NCBI GenBank assembly: GCA_964187785.1
Contig: OZ076409.1
Span: 58,964,001-59,028,000 of the forward strand
Direction of reading: 5' to 3'
Length of the DNA: 64,000 bases
Origin: Amphiscolops sp. MND2022
Lineage: Eukaryota
In this document: positions 26,916-40,800 of the stretch, piece by piece
How positions within the stretch are numbered: the stretch's first letter is position 1
How the letters are laid out: every line of letters begins with the position of its first letter
The notes under the pieces: model-generated
Database searches by the model: none
The model's input: the letters and a program-made list of their open reading frames with translations, nothing else
Told to the model about the DNA's origin: nothing
Program-made: the position numbers and the translations under genes

Positions 26916-27951
26916 AATACAGGTTTAGCGTGCCTCTTATTCGCTTTACGATCGACCGCGGCGGCCAAAAAGAATAGCTCCTTCGAACAAATATTTAATA
27001 TTTGGTCGCAAGCCAAATACCGTAAAGGAAATAATAACCGACATACCAAAACACTGTTTACAAAATGACCAAACTCTGAAGCTCTCTCCAGAAGAATTTC
27101 CAAAGGACGATGTCTCCACGATCTTCCTACGAGATCGAACCCGAAATACAAAACTTGAAGGTCATTTCAAGAAAAAGCCAGGGGCTATCGTTGCGGAATC
27201 GAGCCACACCATCACAAGGGAGACAAACAGAGGACAAGTGCTTTCAAAGCGAGACCTTGCCAAAAACGAAAGCGCGTCGCACAGCATAAAAACTAGCACA
27301 AAAAGAGGAAACAGCCATTCATTGGAGAGAAAAGTAGCACCACTAAAAGACGCAGAAGAAAGGAGCGAAATGGAGTTAGACAAATCCTTAAATTTCTTTG
27401 CAGCAAAAGATTACAAAACACGCCAAAACGAAACCGCTTTCCTAGAAGACAGATAAAACCGAGAAAATCCTTGGCGGGCCTACCAGACAATGACCCACCA
27501 AGAAATTGATGAATGGGTTAACAATTAGAAATCATCAGAGTCTGAACCTGAAAGAAAAATTACCATCATTAAATTTGAAACTGAACATAAACTCATACAG
27601 TATATTTAATAATAGTGTCTGTAAACATTCTCCTTTACAATCTTTTGGGCGGTAGCTTTAACCCCACCCAAACATTTCTGTTGGTATTATTTCTACTGTA
27701 ATGTTAATTACAGGCAAATAGTACGAACTTTATTCCGTAGTGAGGCAGGTGTGGCCGAAGCCATTGGCCAAGGTAAAAAACAAAATAGAACGATGCTAAA
27801 ATTTAATTGATAAACATAGTTAAACGTTTGATAAAGTACCTGTTTCATACGTCGTCCAAACAACACAAATGAAAAACAATGCAGCAAGTTGCATACTACA
27901 GTCGATTCGATGAATTCAATTTTTCTTAGCTCAGTGTTTTTGACTACAACA
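26916..27951 (+). mobile_element. Gypsy integrase C-terminus plus LTR end, direct repeat of 32138-33174
   Basis: About 1 kb of high-identity direct repeat ending CTACAACA, immediately followed by PBS-like TGGCGCTGCGAGC. Confidence 0.85.
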
Positions 27952-28476
27952 TGGCGCTGCGAGCTTTTGATCCTGACGTTGGAAAAACCAAAAATAGGGA
28001 TCAGCAGTAGCTGGTTTGGCGCTGTATTGGAATGACCCTCACCAAAATCCAAGCATCGAACGGAAGAAATGGTGCGATTTGTTCGCTGTGGCGATGACTG
28101 CTATATATTCAATCTCTATCGCAGAGGTACTGAGGACTGTGACAAATGAGGCTGATCGAAATAAAACCTTATTGAATAATGTTGATCATCCAGTAGCAGA
28201 GCGTAAGTGAGTCAGTGTACTTTATTGATCTCTGGGGGTTGCGGCACGGAAGTTCTTTACCGACAATTATCCAACAGTCAAAATCTCCGAAACAACACCA
28301 CAAGTATTACTGGATAATTGCAAGAGTACATTCGATACAAAACAGAATAGGACATTAGATCGTTTCAGACTAATGTCCAGAAAATAAATGCCGTCAGAGA
28401 CATTGGAACTGTTCTGGCACTCATTGAACGGAAAGGCCTCAGAATGCGATCTTGGGGCTCAAACTGACAGCCTCGT

Positions 28477-28801
28477 CATTACGATACACATGCCGGTACG
28501 AACTAGCAGGATCCTGCTAGTTCGATTTTTGTCCAATCAGAGCGCGAATATTTTTTTTGGAAGTTTTACACTTTTCTCACATTACGCGCATTGATAGGCC
28601 GTTACACTCGTTGATTTTGCTACGTACGTTGACTAGTTACACTAGTTGCCTACGCCCCGTCACTGGCGTAATGTGCCCTCTTTGTAATTGCAACCCGCAA
28701 TTGCAACATCCAAATCATCTTTCGGGGATGCTTTCGGTAGTGTACGTAGTTTCTCTTGTACAGTCAAATTGTTCATATTGTGGATGAAAATATCGTGTAC
28801 G
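28477..28801. mobile_element. CATTACG-family MITE remnant plus inverted duplication inserted in gag, flanked by GT duplication
   Basis: gag reads CTC GT|insert|GTA CAC GAT (L V H D); the insert starts CATTACGATACACATGCCG. Confidence 0.7.
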
Positions 28802-28940
28802 GTACACGATATTTTCATCCACAATATGAACAATTTGACTGTACAAGAGAAACTACGTACACTACCGAAAGCATCCCCGAAAGATGATTTGGATGTTGCA
28901 ATTGCGGGTTGCAATTACAAAGAGGGCACATTACGCCAGT
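28662..28940. repeat. Perfect palindrome, 139-bp arms with a 1-nt spacer
   Basis: Centre GTGTAC-G-GTACAC at 28801; identical ORFs on both strands in the ORF track. Confidence 0.95.
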
Positions 28941-31900
28941 AATCGTACGGAGAAACCAAAGTTTCGATAAAGAGGGAACGAAAAAGAAGGACTGTTTACG
29001 TTCTGGAAAAGAAGAAAGTTTTCAATAGAGCACCTGAAAGTATGCCCCGCAAAAGGCAAGAAATTCAACAAATGTAGAGTTTTGGGTCACTCTGGTCGTG
29101 TGTGCCGAAAACAGTAAAAACCACAAACTTCGCAGAAACAACCACCGTGACGAGTGAATTGGGTTGATGAGGAAAAAGACAATAATTACGAACAAGAACA
29201 AGAAAAACAATACGTTTTTGGCATCGATGGTGGTGGATCATCACCATAAATGATGAAATTTAAAATTAATGGAAAGAAAATTTCCTAATGATAGATTCGG
29301 GATCACCAGTGAAAATATTAAATCGAGAAGACTACAAAAAATATTGAAGTACCAAGTCTTGTTTGCACCCGCCTACCAAAGGACGAAAAATACGTAGATT
29401 ATAGCAAGAAGACAGTAAATATACTGGGATACAACTATTGTGAATTGTAGGTTGGCGGCAAATACAAAAAAGCGAGAATCTTGGTGGCACGACCGGGAGC
29501 AAAGTCAAATGTCGGCAGAGATTGGTTGAACTATTTACAATATCGCATCCATCCAAAAAGTAAAAAAAGTAGGATTCCCATTTCATCAATTTGTATAACT
29601 AAAACATTGCCACTAGGTCCATATGTAAACGAAATGCAAGCGGAATTTCCCGACCTGTTTGTTAGAAAGGGTAGAATAAAGTACTATTCCATGAAGGAAT
29701 GGTAATGAAACAACAGAAGTGCCGCCGCGTACCGTTCCAACTACAAGAGTCCGTAAAAAAGGGAAATAAATCAGCTATTGCAAGAAGGCCACATTGTTAA
29801 AGTACAAGACATCAAAGTGCATGTCTTCTTACAGCCCACAGTGGTTATGATTACCGTCGAGAAAGATCGGAGCGTCAAAATAGCCCTGGTTGCAAGGGAA
29901 CTGATAAAAAATGTTGTTAAAGATAAATACCCGATGCCGAGTCTTGACAATCTAATGGACATGATTGCAAAAACATGTGGAATAAGGATCAGGCAAGACC
30001 TTTTTCACCTCACTGGATTTGACGTATGCATACGGACCAGTAGAACTTAGCGAAGCCACGTCACCACGTCAAATAACCAGGGGCGTGCGACAGGAATATA
30101 CATATTCATAACAGGGTTCTACGGTCTCACAACCTTGGCTACGGAATTTCAAAGAATATTGGAATTAATATTGGCACGTATTAATCACAAATACATTTGC
30201 TTTTATAGATGATATTTATCAATTCTCACACATGGAATAGAAGATGAACACATCAAGAAAGTAAAGGATATATTGGAAAGACTCGACGAAGCAATCATAA
30301 TTTTGAAACTAGAAAAGTGCGCCTTCGCGGCGGAAAATATTGAGTTGGTCGGATATAAACTGTCACAGCAAGGCGTAGCGCGAATCAATAGTAAAGTACA
30401 AGGAATCCCTGAAAGACTGGAACCAACAATTTTAAAACATTAAAACAACTCTGATCGTTCCTGGCGCCGTTAACCAATTTGACAAATTCATCCCCAACTT
30501 AGCACAGCTGTGCTTTCCGTTCCGAAATTTGATAAAGAAGGATTACGAAAAGAATTGGGGTGGAGAACAGAAAAAGGAATTCAAAACAGTAAACGAAGAA
30601 ATTGAAAAACCAACCATGCTGAATCTCTTCAAACAACAATGCACTTTGAGGATCATTTGCGATGCAAGCAAATCTGGGCTGGGAGCTGTATTACAGCAAA
30701 AATAAAACAAAGGATGGAAACCCATTTCTTCCGCATCACGCTTTTTGACTGAATTAGAATCAAAATATTCCATAAATGAACTTGAATTACTTGCTATAGT
30801 ATCGTCAGCTACGTGTACGGAGTCCCATTCAAAATAACATCAGACCATAAAGCCTTAGCAACAGTGTTAAAGGGATAAGAAGCGAATCAAACATTTTCTA
30901 GCAGACTCACACGGTGGGTAGATCGCCTATTACCCTTTGACTTTGAGGTAATACACGGACCAAGTAGAACATTGGGCACAGCTAATTTTTTGTCTCGAAA
31001 GCCATCACCGATAAACGAAAGTTCCGTAAAATCAAGTACATTATGGGATGAATGGTTCACTGTAATTGTTGTTTCAGAATTAACAAAATCACTTCCTACT
31101 AATCAGACGTCAATCAGCGGCGGCCGTCAGCCAATGAAAAACGAGAGCGATGCGAATGAGAATTTAGCCAACGAAGGTGTGAACGAACCTGACGATACGC
31201 AATCAATAGAGCAAACAGTTAAAGACGCACTCAGCGAACAAACTGCCATGTCAAACAAGCGCGATTGAAGCGAGGCAAGCAAACTGCATGAAATTTCAAT
31301 TAAACCACCGGTCAAGAGACCTCCAACGATCGCATTATTAGACAAAACCTCGACAATTCCCCTCAAATCCAGCATGCAACGGATTGGAGAAAACATCCTG
31401 GCAGGGACGTACGAACACGGCCCACTACTACACTATTACAATCAATTATCGACATTCTAAAACATCACAACCAACAGTCGATAAACAAACTCCCGAAAGT
31501 CTGGCCACAGAGGTTCAACGAATTACGAATGGACGAACACGATTTCATTTCAGTGATGAGAAAATAGGCATCCCAGAAAAGCTCAGAAAACCCATTTTCA
31601 GAAGTTTTCACTGAGGTCATTCAGGACGTGACTCAATGCTACAAGCAGTAGCAGACATTTGGTGGCCACGGATTCACCGTGATATCGTCTCACTGGCACA
31701 GTCCTGCCCAATATGTCGACAAGCAGGTAAAAATTTAAAAACTTTAAAACTATCGGAAGTTGGAAACCTGCCCGCGGTGGATGCTCATAACGACGAATTA
31801 ATAATAGACTTCGGTGGACCTATTCAACTAGCACAAAAAATTAAGAATTACCTACTACTGTCCATAGATCCTAAAACCAATTGGCCGAACGCAGCGTTTG

Positions 31901-34648
31901 TAGCAAAACCTACCGTTGAACGAATCGTAATTTTTCTAAACGCACACATCGCACAATTTGCTGTTCCAAAATGAATTCGCATCGACTCCGCGGCGAAGTG
32001 TTTAAACAATTTTGCCAAGAACATTTCATTCATGATATCGAATTTTTGACCACCGCGGGAATAGCGAAAAAGAACGGTTAATTAGAACCATCAATGAGAG
32101 ATTAAGGTCCGATAAAACAATTATCACCGAAAAAGGAAATACAGGTTTAGCGCGCCTCTTATTCGCTTTACAACCGACCGCGGCGGCCAATAAGAATAGC
32201 CCCTTCGAACAAATATTTGGTCGCAAGCCAAATACCGTAAAGGAAATAATAACCGACATACCAAAACACTGTTTAGAAAATGACCAAACTCTGGAGCTCT
32301 TTCCAGAGAAATTTCCAAAGGACGATGACTCCACGATCTTCCTACGAGGTCGAACCCGAAATACAAAACTTGAAGTCCAATTCAAGAAAAAGCCAGGGGC
32401 TATCGTTGCCGAATCGAGCCACACCATCACAAGGGAGACAAACAGAGGACGACAAGTGCTATCAAAACGAGACCTTGCCAAAAATAAAAGCGCGTCGCAC
32501 AGCCCAAAAACTAGCACAAAAATAGGAAACAGCCATTCATTGGAGAGAAAAGTAGCAGCACTAAAAGACGCAGAAGAAAGGAGCGAAATGGAGTTAGACA
32601 AACCACTAAATTTCTTTGCAGCAAAAGATTACAAAACACGCATCCCACCAAAACGAAACCGCTTTCCTAGAAAACAGATAAAACCGAGAAAATCCTTGGC
32701 GGGCCTACCAGACAAGGACCCATCAAGAAATTGATGAATGGGTTAACAATTAGAAATCATCAGATTCTGAAACTGAAAGAAAAATTACCATCATTAAATC
32801 TGAAACTGAACATAAACTCATACAGTATTTTTAATAATAGTGTCTGTAAACATTCTCCTTTACAATCTTTTGGGCGGTAGCTTTAACCCCACCCAAACAT
32901 TTCTGTTGGTATTATTTCTACTGTAATCTTAATTACAATTAAATAGTACGAACTTTATCCCGTATTGAGGCAGGTGTGGCCGAGGCCATTGGCCAAGGTC
33001 AAAAACAAAAAAGAACGATGCTAACATTTAATTGATAAACATTGTGAAACATTTATTAAAGTACCTGTTTATACGTCGTCGAAACGACACAAATGAAAAA
33101 CATTTCAGTAAGTTGCCTTTACATACTACAGTCGATTCGATCAATTCAATAGCTCAGTGTTTTTGACTACAAGAATGCCTTTTAGGCTCCCTAAACGTTT
33201 TTTTTGCGAACCGAAAAGTTCACAAAACTCGTTCATTTTGTTGATTATAGATTTTTTCTTGGTGTATCTTCTTCCTTTTCCTTCCGCACGCGTTAAATTA
33301 TTGCTAATATTGAAACAAAATTCAAAACTCAGTAGCCGGTTTTATGAGTTATTTTTATCAAAAAAAATGGTCTCAAAAAGTGCTTTGAATTTTACTAAAA
33401 TTAATTGGATAAACGTTCAGTTTTTAAAATGAGTGGGTAAACTTTCAGTTTTAAAATGTGTGGGACTTGGCGAAGGAAAAAGAACTAGTTTTCCAATTAG
33501 GAAAAAAAGGACTTAAATCAACATTTTATGTCGAGTCGACACTTTTAGGCAAATTAGATTTTTATTTTAATTGGATAGAGTTCTTACATAACGCTTGAAC
33601 TATTCAGCTAATTAACAAGTTGACTAAGCAAATTAAATTCATCTTTTTGAATCGTAATTTGCAGTTTTTTCTCAGTTTGAAGAGTCTTAAGTCAAGGAAC
33701 TTTTCAATGCACAACTGACCAACTTTAATCAGAAACTAGATTGAAGTCTCTTTCCAAACGTTTGTTCTAAAATAAAAATTTCTCGATCAAAATTGTGGTT
33801 ACATGTCAGAATAACTAAAGTACCATTCCGTTAATGTTTTCGATAAGTTTTTGCTATTTCGAAACGCTTCGAGCTTTGCGTATTTCCTAATTTCGGTACT
33901 TTCCTAATTGTTTGCAAGAAAGTTTACTGCAAAAATATGGGCGGAAAATACCGATTCATTGAATCTCGAACACTCTCAGAAAGTCTTTTGAAGTCAACTT
34001 GTTGAATCAGATTCATGACGCCTTTTTTCTATAAAACAAAGTTTGGTTCCATTTACATACTCTCTTTTTTAGACGTGAAACGACAAATTCCAGTTCACCG
34101 TGTCTGTATTTCATTGGTGTATAAGAGCATCACGTTCACCAAAAAAATTTAAACGATGGTCTTTTTCATGCGTTTTTATCCATGATCATCCATTGCATGA
34201 TGGCGTTTCATCAATAATCATTCATGAATCATGGATATCTTACTATGATTATGGAATGATTCTCGCCATTGCGAACCCATGAATCAGGGAAAAATCATGG
34301 CCTGTAAATTTGGGAGAATTATGTAAGTTAGCACTTTGTAATTTTAAGTTAGAAAAATCTAAAATAAATTTTTTGAATCTGTGTATCTCATCTAGTTAGC
34401 TATTTCATTGCTAATCTCTGTTGTTACTTCATTGCTAATCTACTGTGCTTCCTCATGAATAGATAAACAAACGTGTCACTCAAAGATTAGAAAGAGCTTG
34501 TCTCAATAATAGACATAAACAAAAAACTGCAATGACGTGATCGTACGATATCTGAAAACCAAAACCGCTGACTTCTCAACGAGAAACTTTTCAGCTAATT
34601 GCATTAAGGTTTGATCAACAGGTCTCATTCGAAAAATTCCTCAAACCC

Positions 34649-35963
34649 TGTAAGGACCTAAGGTCCACCGTGTTTTTCAGGTCGAAAGCAGACCTACAAT
34701 CCTTTTTTTGTAATTTTAGTTCTAAACCCAGTTTTTCCTTTGTTATTCTCCTGATTGTTCGATGACGAACCGGACTCAGTGTCCCTGTTCCCTGAAGATA
34801 ATGAACTTGCCAATTTTTGAATCTCAGGTTACACTCTTCCAGCTATCGCAGAGCTTATGGCCCTGTTGATCTGCGAGCGCATCATGGACATCATTAAGTC
34901 CATTTCCTGGGACAATCTAAAATTGATTTTGTTTGTGTAAGTTTCCTTTGACTCAATCAATCTATCTTGCTTAGGGAGTGCATTTTCGCGGTTGAAACCT
35001 CCAAACTCATCCTCTTGAGAGGAATTCTCCTAGGATGTGAATTGGGCTCAGCGTCATATTGATTAGCTGATCCGTAAATTATATAGCTAGTTCTCTTTCA
35101 ATGGGATTAATAAGTTCATTCCCAATCATCACATCTGTTTTGTCGAAATCAGACATCTTGTCCATCCCTCTAGATATACTAGCTTTCGCCTTTTGTCTTC
35201 TTGTTGCTTGTTGAAGGCAGAAGAAATCGTTACAAGGGAAGAATTCAATTTATACTGTCTGGCAAATCAAAGTTAACGTAACAACGTTTTCGTTTATTAA
35301 TGTATATGAATGGATGACTATATATACAAAACAATACTTATATGTCACATCAATGAACCAATTTCATATCCAGCATTGATCATTGTGTTTTCCAAACGTT
35401 GGTGTGGGATTTCATATGGATGAAATTTTCATTTTTTTTACATTTGCATGATTAGTTGATGCAAGCATAAGCATCAAATTGGAATTAATCAGTTTTATTA
35501 GGTTCAATATTAGACTGAACCTATATTTCAATCTAATACGGGACTAGCTGTCCGCTCGCCTTCGGCGTACAATTCAACAGCATGCATGACCGTACGATGC
35601 CTTTAATTAATAGCACTAAATGAATAGAGCACTGAGCTAAATGGAAGCACCTGATTGGTCAAAATGATTTTTGGACAGCGTGTCCAGGGCGACAGACGAA
35701 CACGTTTCCTCAGCCTGTACGCCTTCGTGTGCAATTATCAGTAATGTAGTAATACAAAGACAATACATCTCTATAAACGCTTTACATGTTCAATTATATA
35801 TTTCTAGTTTGACAAAAGCAGTTTTGTTTGAAGTAAGTTGGTCTCTCCACCCTGCTCGATTGACTGGGAATTCGTAAATTTTATCACAGTGGAAGCGTCC
35901 CTGGTAGTGCACTAGGTCGGCTTGCGTCGATGGTGTAAACGTTGCCATCACATGCCTGGCACA
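34649..35963 (-). mobile_element. Solo LTR family A copy 4 (1315 bp) with a decayed ORF
   Basis: AACCC|TGTAAGG...GGCACA|AACCC, a perfect 5-bp TSD; minus strand encodes RLSQEMDLMMSMMRSQINRAISSAIAGRV.PEIQ. Confidence 0.85.
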
Positions 35964-37803
35964 AACCCAGTGTTGTAATCCATTGTAGGTGCAATTACTT
36001 TCACTTGTGTTCATATATCAAATCATGAATCAGAACCAAAAGGAGCCTTTGAACCAAATTGAATCCAGAAAGAAAATTGTTTGAAAGTACTCTAGTGTGT
36101 GTAGTTTAAACAACATGCTAAGCATTTCGCTCATTTTCCCTTACAAGATTTTTTGGCACTGCATGATATTCAACTTTTCGATTATCAACGAATAGAATGT
36201 TTACACTACGACACATTAAAAAGGGCTGAATTTATTCGCGGAAAAGGGTCCTTATTGAAAAATGATGATGTATTGCATTTAAAAAACCTAGAAAGTTTTG
36301 TTTCATTGGTATAATGATTACTAAATGATCACAGAAATTTTCTATGACAAAAATGGAATTAGACACAGAGATCCACCAACTCTAATCTTTCTCAATTTTC
36401 TCAAAAACTCACGGGACATAAATTCCGAGCCAAGTAAATGATTGGCTTTAGAATTCCGCTCTAAAAAGAGCTACAACAAAAAATAAATTAGAAGACCTGT
36501 TTTAACCTGAGAAAGAGTGATTCAAAAATGTAGTTGCAACTACCGTTGTCGCACAGCTCAAGCGCTATTGTGAAGAGGCTATTCAAAGTACAACGTTTAA
36601 AAAACTCTACTGGTATCTGGTCCCAACTAATCACTGGTGCTGGAGCGTATTAAAATTACCAGAAAAACATGATTTTCAAACAATTCAGGAGACTGTTCGG
36701 CCTGAAACAAAAAACATTCTTTTTTTCCTTTTTGAGAAAAACTGCATGAATGACAATATGATGCTTGAGAATTCAATCCCCAGCGCACTACTAGTCATGC
36801 AGAAAAATTCCAGGGCTTCCAATCATTGAGCAAGATATTGGAAAAAAAAGATATTTTTGGACATTTTCTTCATAGAAAGCAAAGAGGCCCAAAAAGAAGA
36901 AGAGCAAAATGGTACAAGCACAAGGGAAAGTCGTCTTTCGAAAATAAATCTTCTTCGGTAAAAAATTTAAAACAACCACCGCTTCAAAGAAACATTTGAA
37001 CATGGTTGGCTTTGTACACTAATCATCCAGAAACAAGCTTTGCAAAACCTATGAAGCCGACTTTTGGAAACTTTTTTCTACTAGAAAACTAAACCGGTAT
37101 CAGAAATATGTTTGAAGAAATGGCCTTCAAAGATTTTGGCAGATGTGACGAATGATGCGAAAAAAGATATAGAAATCGAAAAGGGCACTAATAGGTAGAG
37201 CTAATAGGACAAATATCTAACAAAACATGGTAAAATGTATAATAAAACATTGGCTTTATTACTGTAACAAAAAACTGCTAAATTATGTGAAAAAGAAACA
37301 AATTAACAATTCAAAGGGAACCAAAAATGTTCGGTTTTCGGTTGCATAGACACTAAAGATTTTCACAACACTGTCTTATTTGAGAGAATGACGTTTGTCA
37401 GGCTCGGAGAGTCCATTTTTGAAAATGATCGCTACACGTCGCAACTCACAATTGGACATTTTTGAGGAAACTCAAGTCCAGAGCTGTCCATTTTGATAAA
37501 AGACCGGAATTTTTTCTTATAGACATTCCCATGCTTCTCGAGCTTGCAAAAAAACTTTATTGGTCGCGATAACTTGTGCAATTTTATCCTGGCCAATTGC
37601 GTAAGTCAGCTGCTGTACAATAGGGTCTTTGATTGAAAGCGATTTAATGCAGGCCCTATATGGTATTCAGTCAAGTTGACCTTGAAACTTGTCTACGGTA
37701 CACCCGCAATTTTTTGAATGTGGACACTTTGCATAAATTTTAGAACAATTCTCAAAAAGTCAGGTGAATATTTAGCCTTTTCCGTTAAATTGATTTCTTT
37801 ATT

Positions 37804-40800
37804 TGTAACGTCAGGCAAAAGACATTGCAGAAGTTTTTGAAAATTTCGATCAAAAATTCGAAATGTGCGACATCAAACAAGCACATTCAAGATGGCCGAC
37901 CCAGCAGGTACGAAAACCGTAGAGGAAGCAAAATAAAGGCAAAACACCACCAGAAGATCCCACCCCACCACCCAGGAACGAGAATGTCCGAGATGTCATC
38001 ACCCAGAAGGCGTGAGAATCAGGAATTCTGCCACCTGACAGCAAAAAGACAGGGTTTTGGCAGAAAAGTGCCAAATGAGACCATTGTGCCCCGAAGATGA
38101 GGAATGATGCCAGAGGCAGGAAGCCGATGATCGCCACCGAAATGTAACTGTATACTTTATTGGGGCCTATCCCCACCTGTTTTGACTGTTTATAGCGTAT
38201 TTGGATAATGTTTGACCTACTAGGTCCTCATTTTAGTCCTTATTCACTCATATAATGTATTTCAGTTAGACACCTTTTTGGACCTCGGAAGTATGTAGGA
38301 GATAGCAGGAACGCATTAGGAACCTAGGATACGTTTTTACAGGCTTGTGGGGCGTGTCCGGACTTTGAGAGTGCCGGCACGTCGCTTCGGAGCTCTAACT
38401 AGAGAAGCCTCCTTAGACGTTAGAAAAGTCCCCCTTGGAGACCATTTTGGGATCAAAAACTAGTGTCTAGGTATGTAAGAAGACAACGGTCTCCTGTTTG
38501 AGCATCCTAGGCATTGTCCCTCTTCCTAGATGTGCGTCGCTAGCCGGTCGTTACATCTGGAATAGTTTTTATGGCGACCACAGAGGGATATTTTTCATAT
38601 TGCGTACAGGTAGGAGCAACTTCTGCTTTCCGGCCCCGAAGGGTCCAGATCTAGGAAAACGTTTTGGGAGGGTCCTAGATTATTTTTATAGCATTTTTCT
38701 GGCCCTCTGGGCTTTGTACTAGTGTTATTCCTGCGTTTTCCCCGTGTTTCTGAGGTCTACTTAGAGAAATTAACCGTTCTTAACAGTGTACCCCCTTTTT
38801 CCTCACTAAAACCTAATAAAAAAGCTTATCCGGCCTATCCGGAACGTGTTTTAAAGGGTTTTCTAGCTTATTTTCAGCTAATTTGCAATGTATGGGGACA
38901 GAGAGGACGAGCGCCGAAGGTTCCCACCAGCTGTGATGACGTGGTGACGTCCTACACAACCATTCCTCCCACGCCCCTGTGATTGCAGTACATCACGTCA
39001 GACGGGTGAAATCGTCTTTTTTCTTAATTTAACGGCCCAAAAAGAGTATTCCCAGGCCTACCACCATTATAACTAACTGAGAAAAATACCCATAGGGTAT
39101 TCCGATCAGTTGTTAAAAAATTTGAGCTCAAAAACCTCGAAAATAACGTTAGTTATAGCTCAATTACCGAAATTTTCAATTTTGAAAATAAATATTTCAT
39201 CAAACAGAGTAAGGCCAGTGGGAATACTAAAAAAACGTTCCAACAGACCCCCTGGGTCAGGAACAAAAAACTTTGCAGGGCCATTTTTCCAAAAATAGCG
39301 AAAAATTAAGCAATTTCTGTTAAAAAATCGTCAAATTTGGCCATTTTGACCCAACTTGACGAGGGCTAAGCCTTGGACACTAGCTCCCAAGCTTCTGAAT
39401 CAGCCCAAAAAACTTTTCCCCCAACTTGGTAGCACGAAACACTACTACCAAGTTGTTTTTTAAGGCCCCCCAATAGAAATTGAAACTTTAATAACTTGTT
39501 TCTTTTGATATACATAGATCTGAGCAGAGGACCCCATAGACCTGAGCGATATAACACCAAAAATAATAATTGAACGAACCCCAACCCCTTAAAATAAGTT
39601 GTCACACTCTCCCACAGTACTATTGGAACAATCCCAAACGCCCAAGAACCGATAAATAAAAATTTCTTGGTGAAAACACGTTATTTCAGTATTGTTCCGA
39701 GAGTGTAAAAAGTGCAACTTGAAAAATTTTTGATAGACCCTATTTGGAACCTACCAGGTTTCGCTTGCTTATTTTCTGTTAGTATATACCGTAACGTTAC
39801 AAACGCAGAAAACCGCGAGTGATTCCAACCAGTGGTTGTCGAGAAATAGCCGAAAACGCGTTATTTTTGCGACATTTTGGGAACCATATAGTAGTGCTTC
39901 CAGCACAAGCCGAAATCTCTCCTAGTAGGAGCAGCCTCAAACGGATTGCACCATTGTGTAGACCATAAAAAGTTACGTTAGTGGTGTAATTTTCGTAGCG
40001 CTAGCACTACTAGTGATTGAGAAATCTTAGCCGCAGTTTTGCTCAAAAATCGTGTGAAAATGTCGAAAAATTCGAATTTTAGTTGAGCATTGTGCAATAC
40101 CTCGCAGGTATCCCAACACTAAAATTCTTGCATTTTTGTGCACACGGCACTGGATCACGACGATTTGTGCAATTTGAGCAGCCGGCTACTAGCCAAAGCT
40201 GAGAAATTGACATTTTTGTGATTTTTGACCCGAAAAAGTGGTACCTCTGGTACATCAAGGTTTTGTCACTTCATATCGCCAGATGTTGATCAAGGCACCT
40301 CGCCGCTCTGTTTTTCTGTTACGTAGGCAAAAGTTACGCTCGCATGCAAAATTTCAGGTGGCTGAGACGCCTCGAAGGCGAATTTGACCACTTTTTGTGA
40401 ATTCCACGACATAGTCAATTTTTCAGTGAACATTGTTAAGTGGCCGTGACACCCACAGGTTCAATTTTGACCCAATCGGAGTATCATTCCCCACGATTCA
40501 GCCACTGTATTAGACGGTGTGAAGTTTTCAGATCGCTAGCAGCGCTAGAAGTGATTTTCACCTTCCCCGGAGGTGCATGTTGACAAGAAAATTGTTGATT
40601 TTGGACATTTTTGCAAAAAATCACATAATTTTTCTCAGACTACGTGCCAGTGAGGGCCAAGACGACCCAATTAGCATACCGAGCGCCCTCAGGACGTCTT
40701 CTTGAATCACTTTGATTAGTGCTAGGCTGACCCTAAGATGTCGGGTCTCTGAGAAAACCGGTCTGCGAGACATAGAGGTGAAAAACCGAAAATGGAAATT

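Larger units (their letters stand above)
27952..33174 (+). mobile_element. Decayed Gypsy-type LTR retrotransposon (PBS, gag, PR, RT, RNase H, IN, 3' repeat)
   Basis: PBS-like TGGCGCTGCG at 27952; gag WCDLF..; protease MIDSGSPV (~29288); RT YPMP, LDLTYAYG (~30013), FIDDI (~30203); RNase H IICDASKSGLGAVLQQ, SDHKAL; integrase GHSGRDSML..IWWPRIH..CPIC, IDFGGP, IDSA. Many frameshifts and stops. Confidence 0.92.

Noticed and set aside
28660..28942. Identical 84-aa ORFs on both strands
   Set aside because: A by-product of the palindrome; only the right arm is native gag.
36350..37100. Possible transposase C-terminal relic
   Set aside because: Too degenerate; no convincing motif.
37825..38176. Duplicated 91/108-aa ORFs (also at 42209-42560)
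   Set aside because: They lie inside near-identical LTRs, have no recognisable motif, and show no equivalent ORF in the diverged LTR copies.
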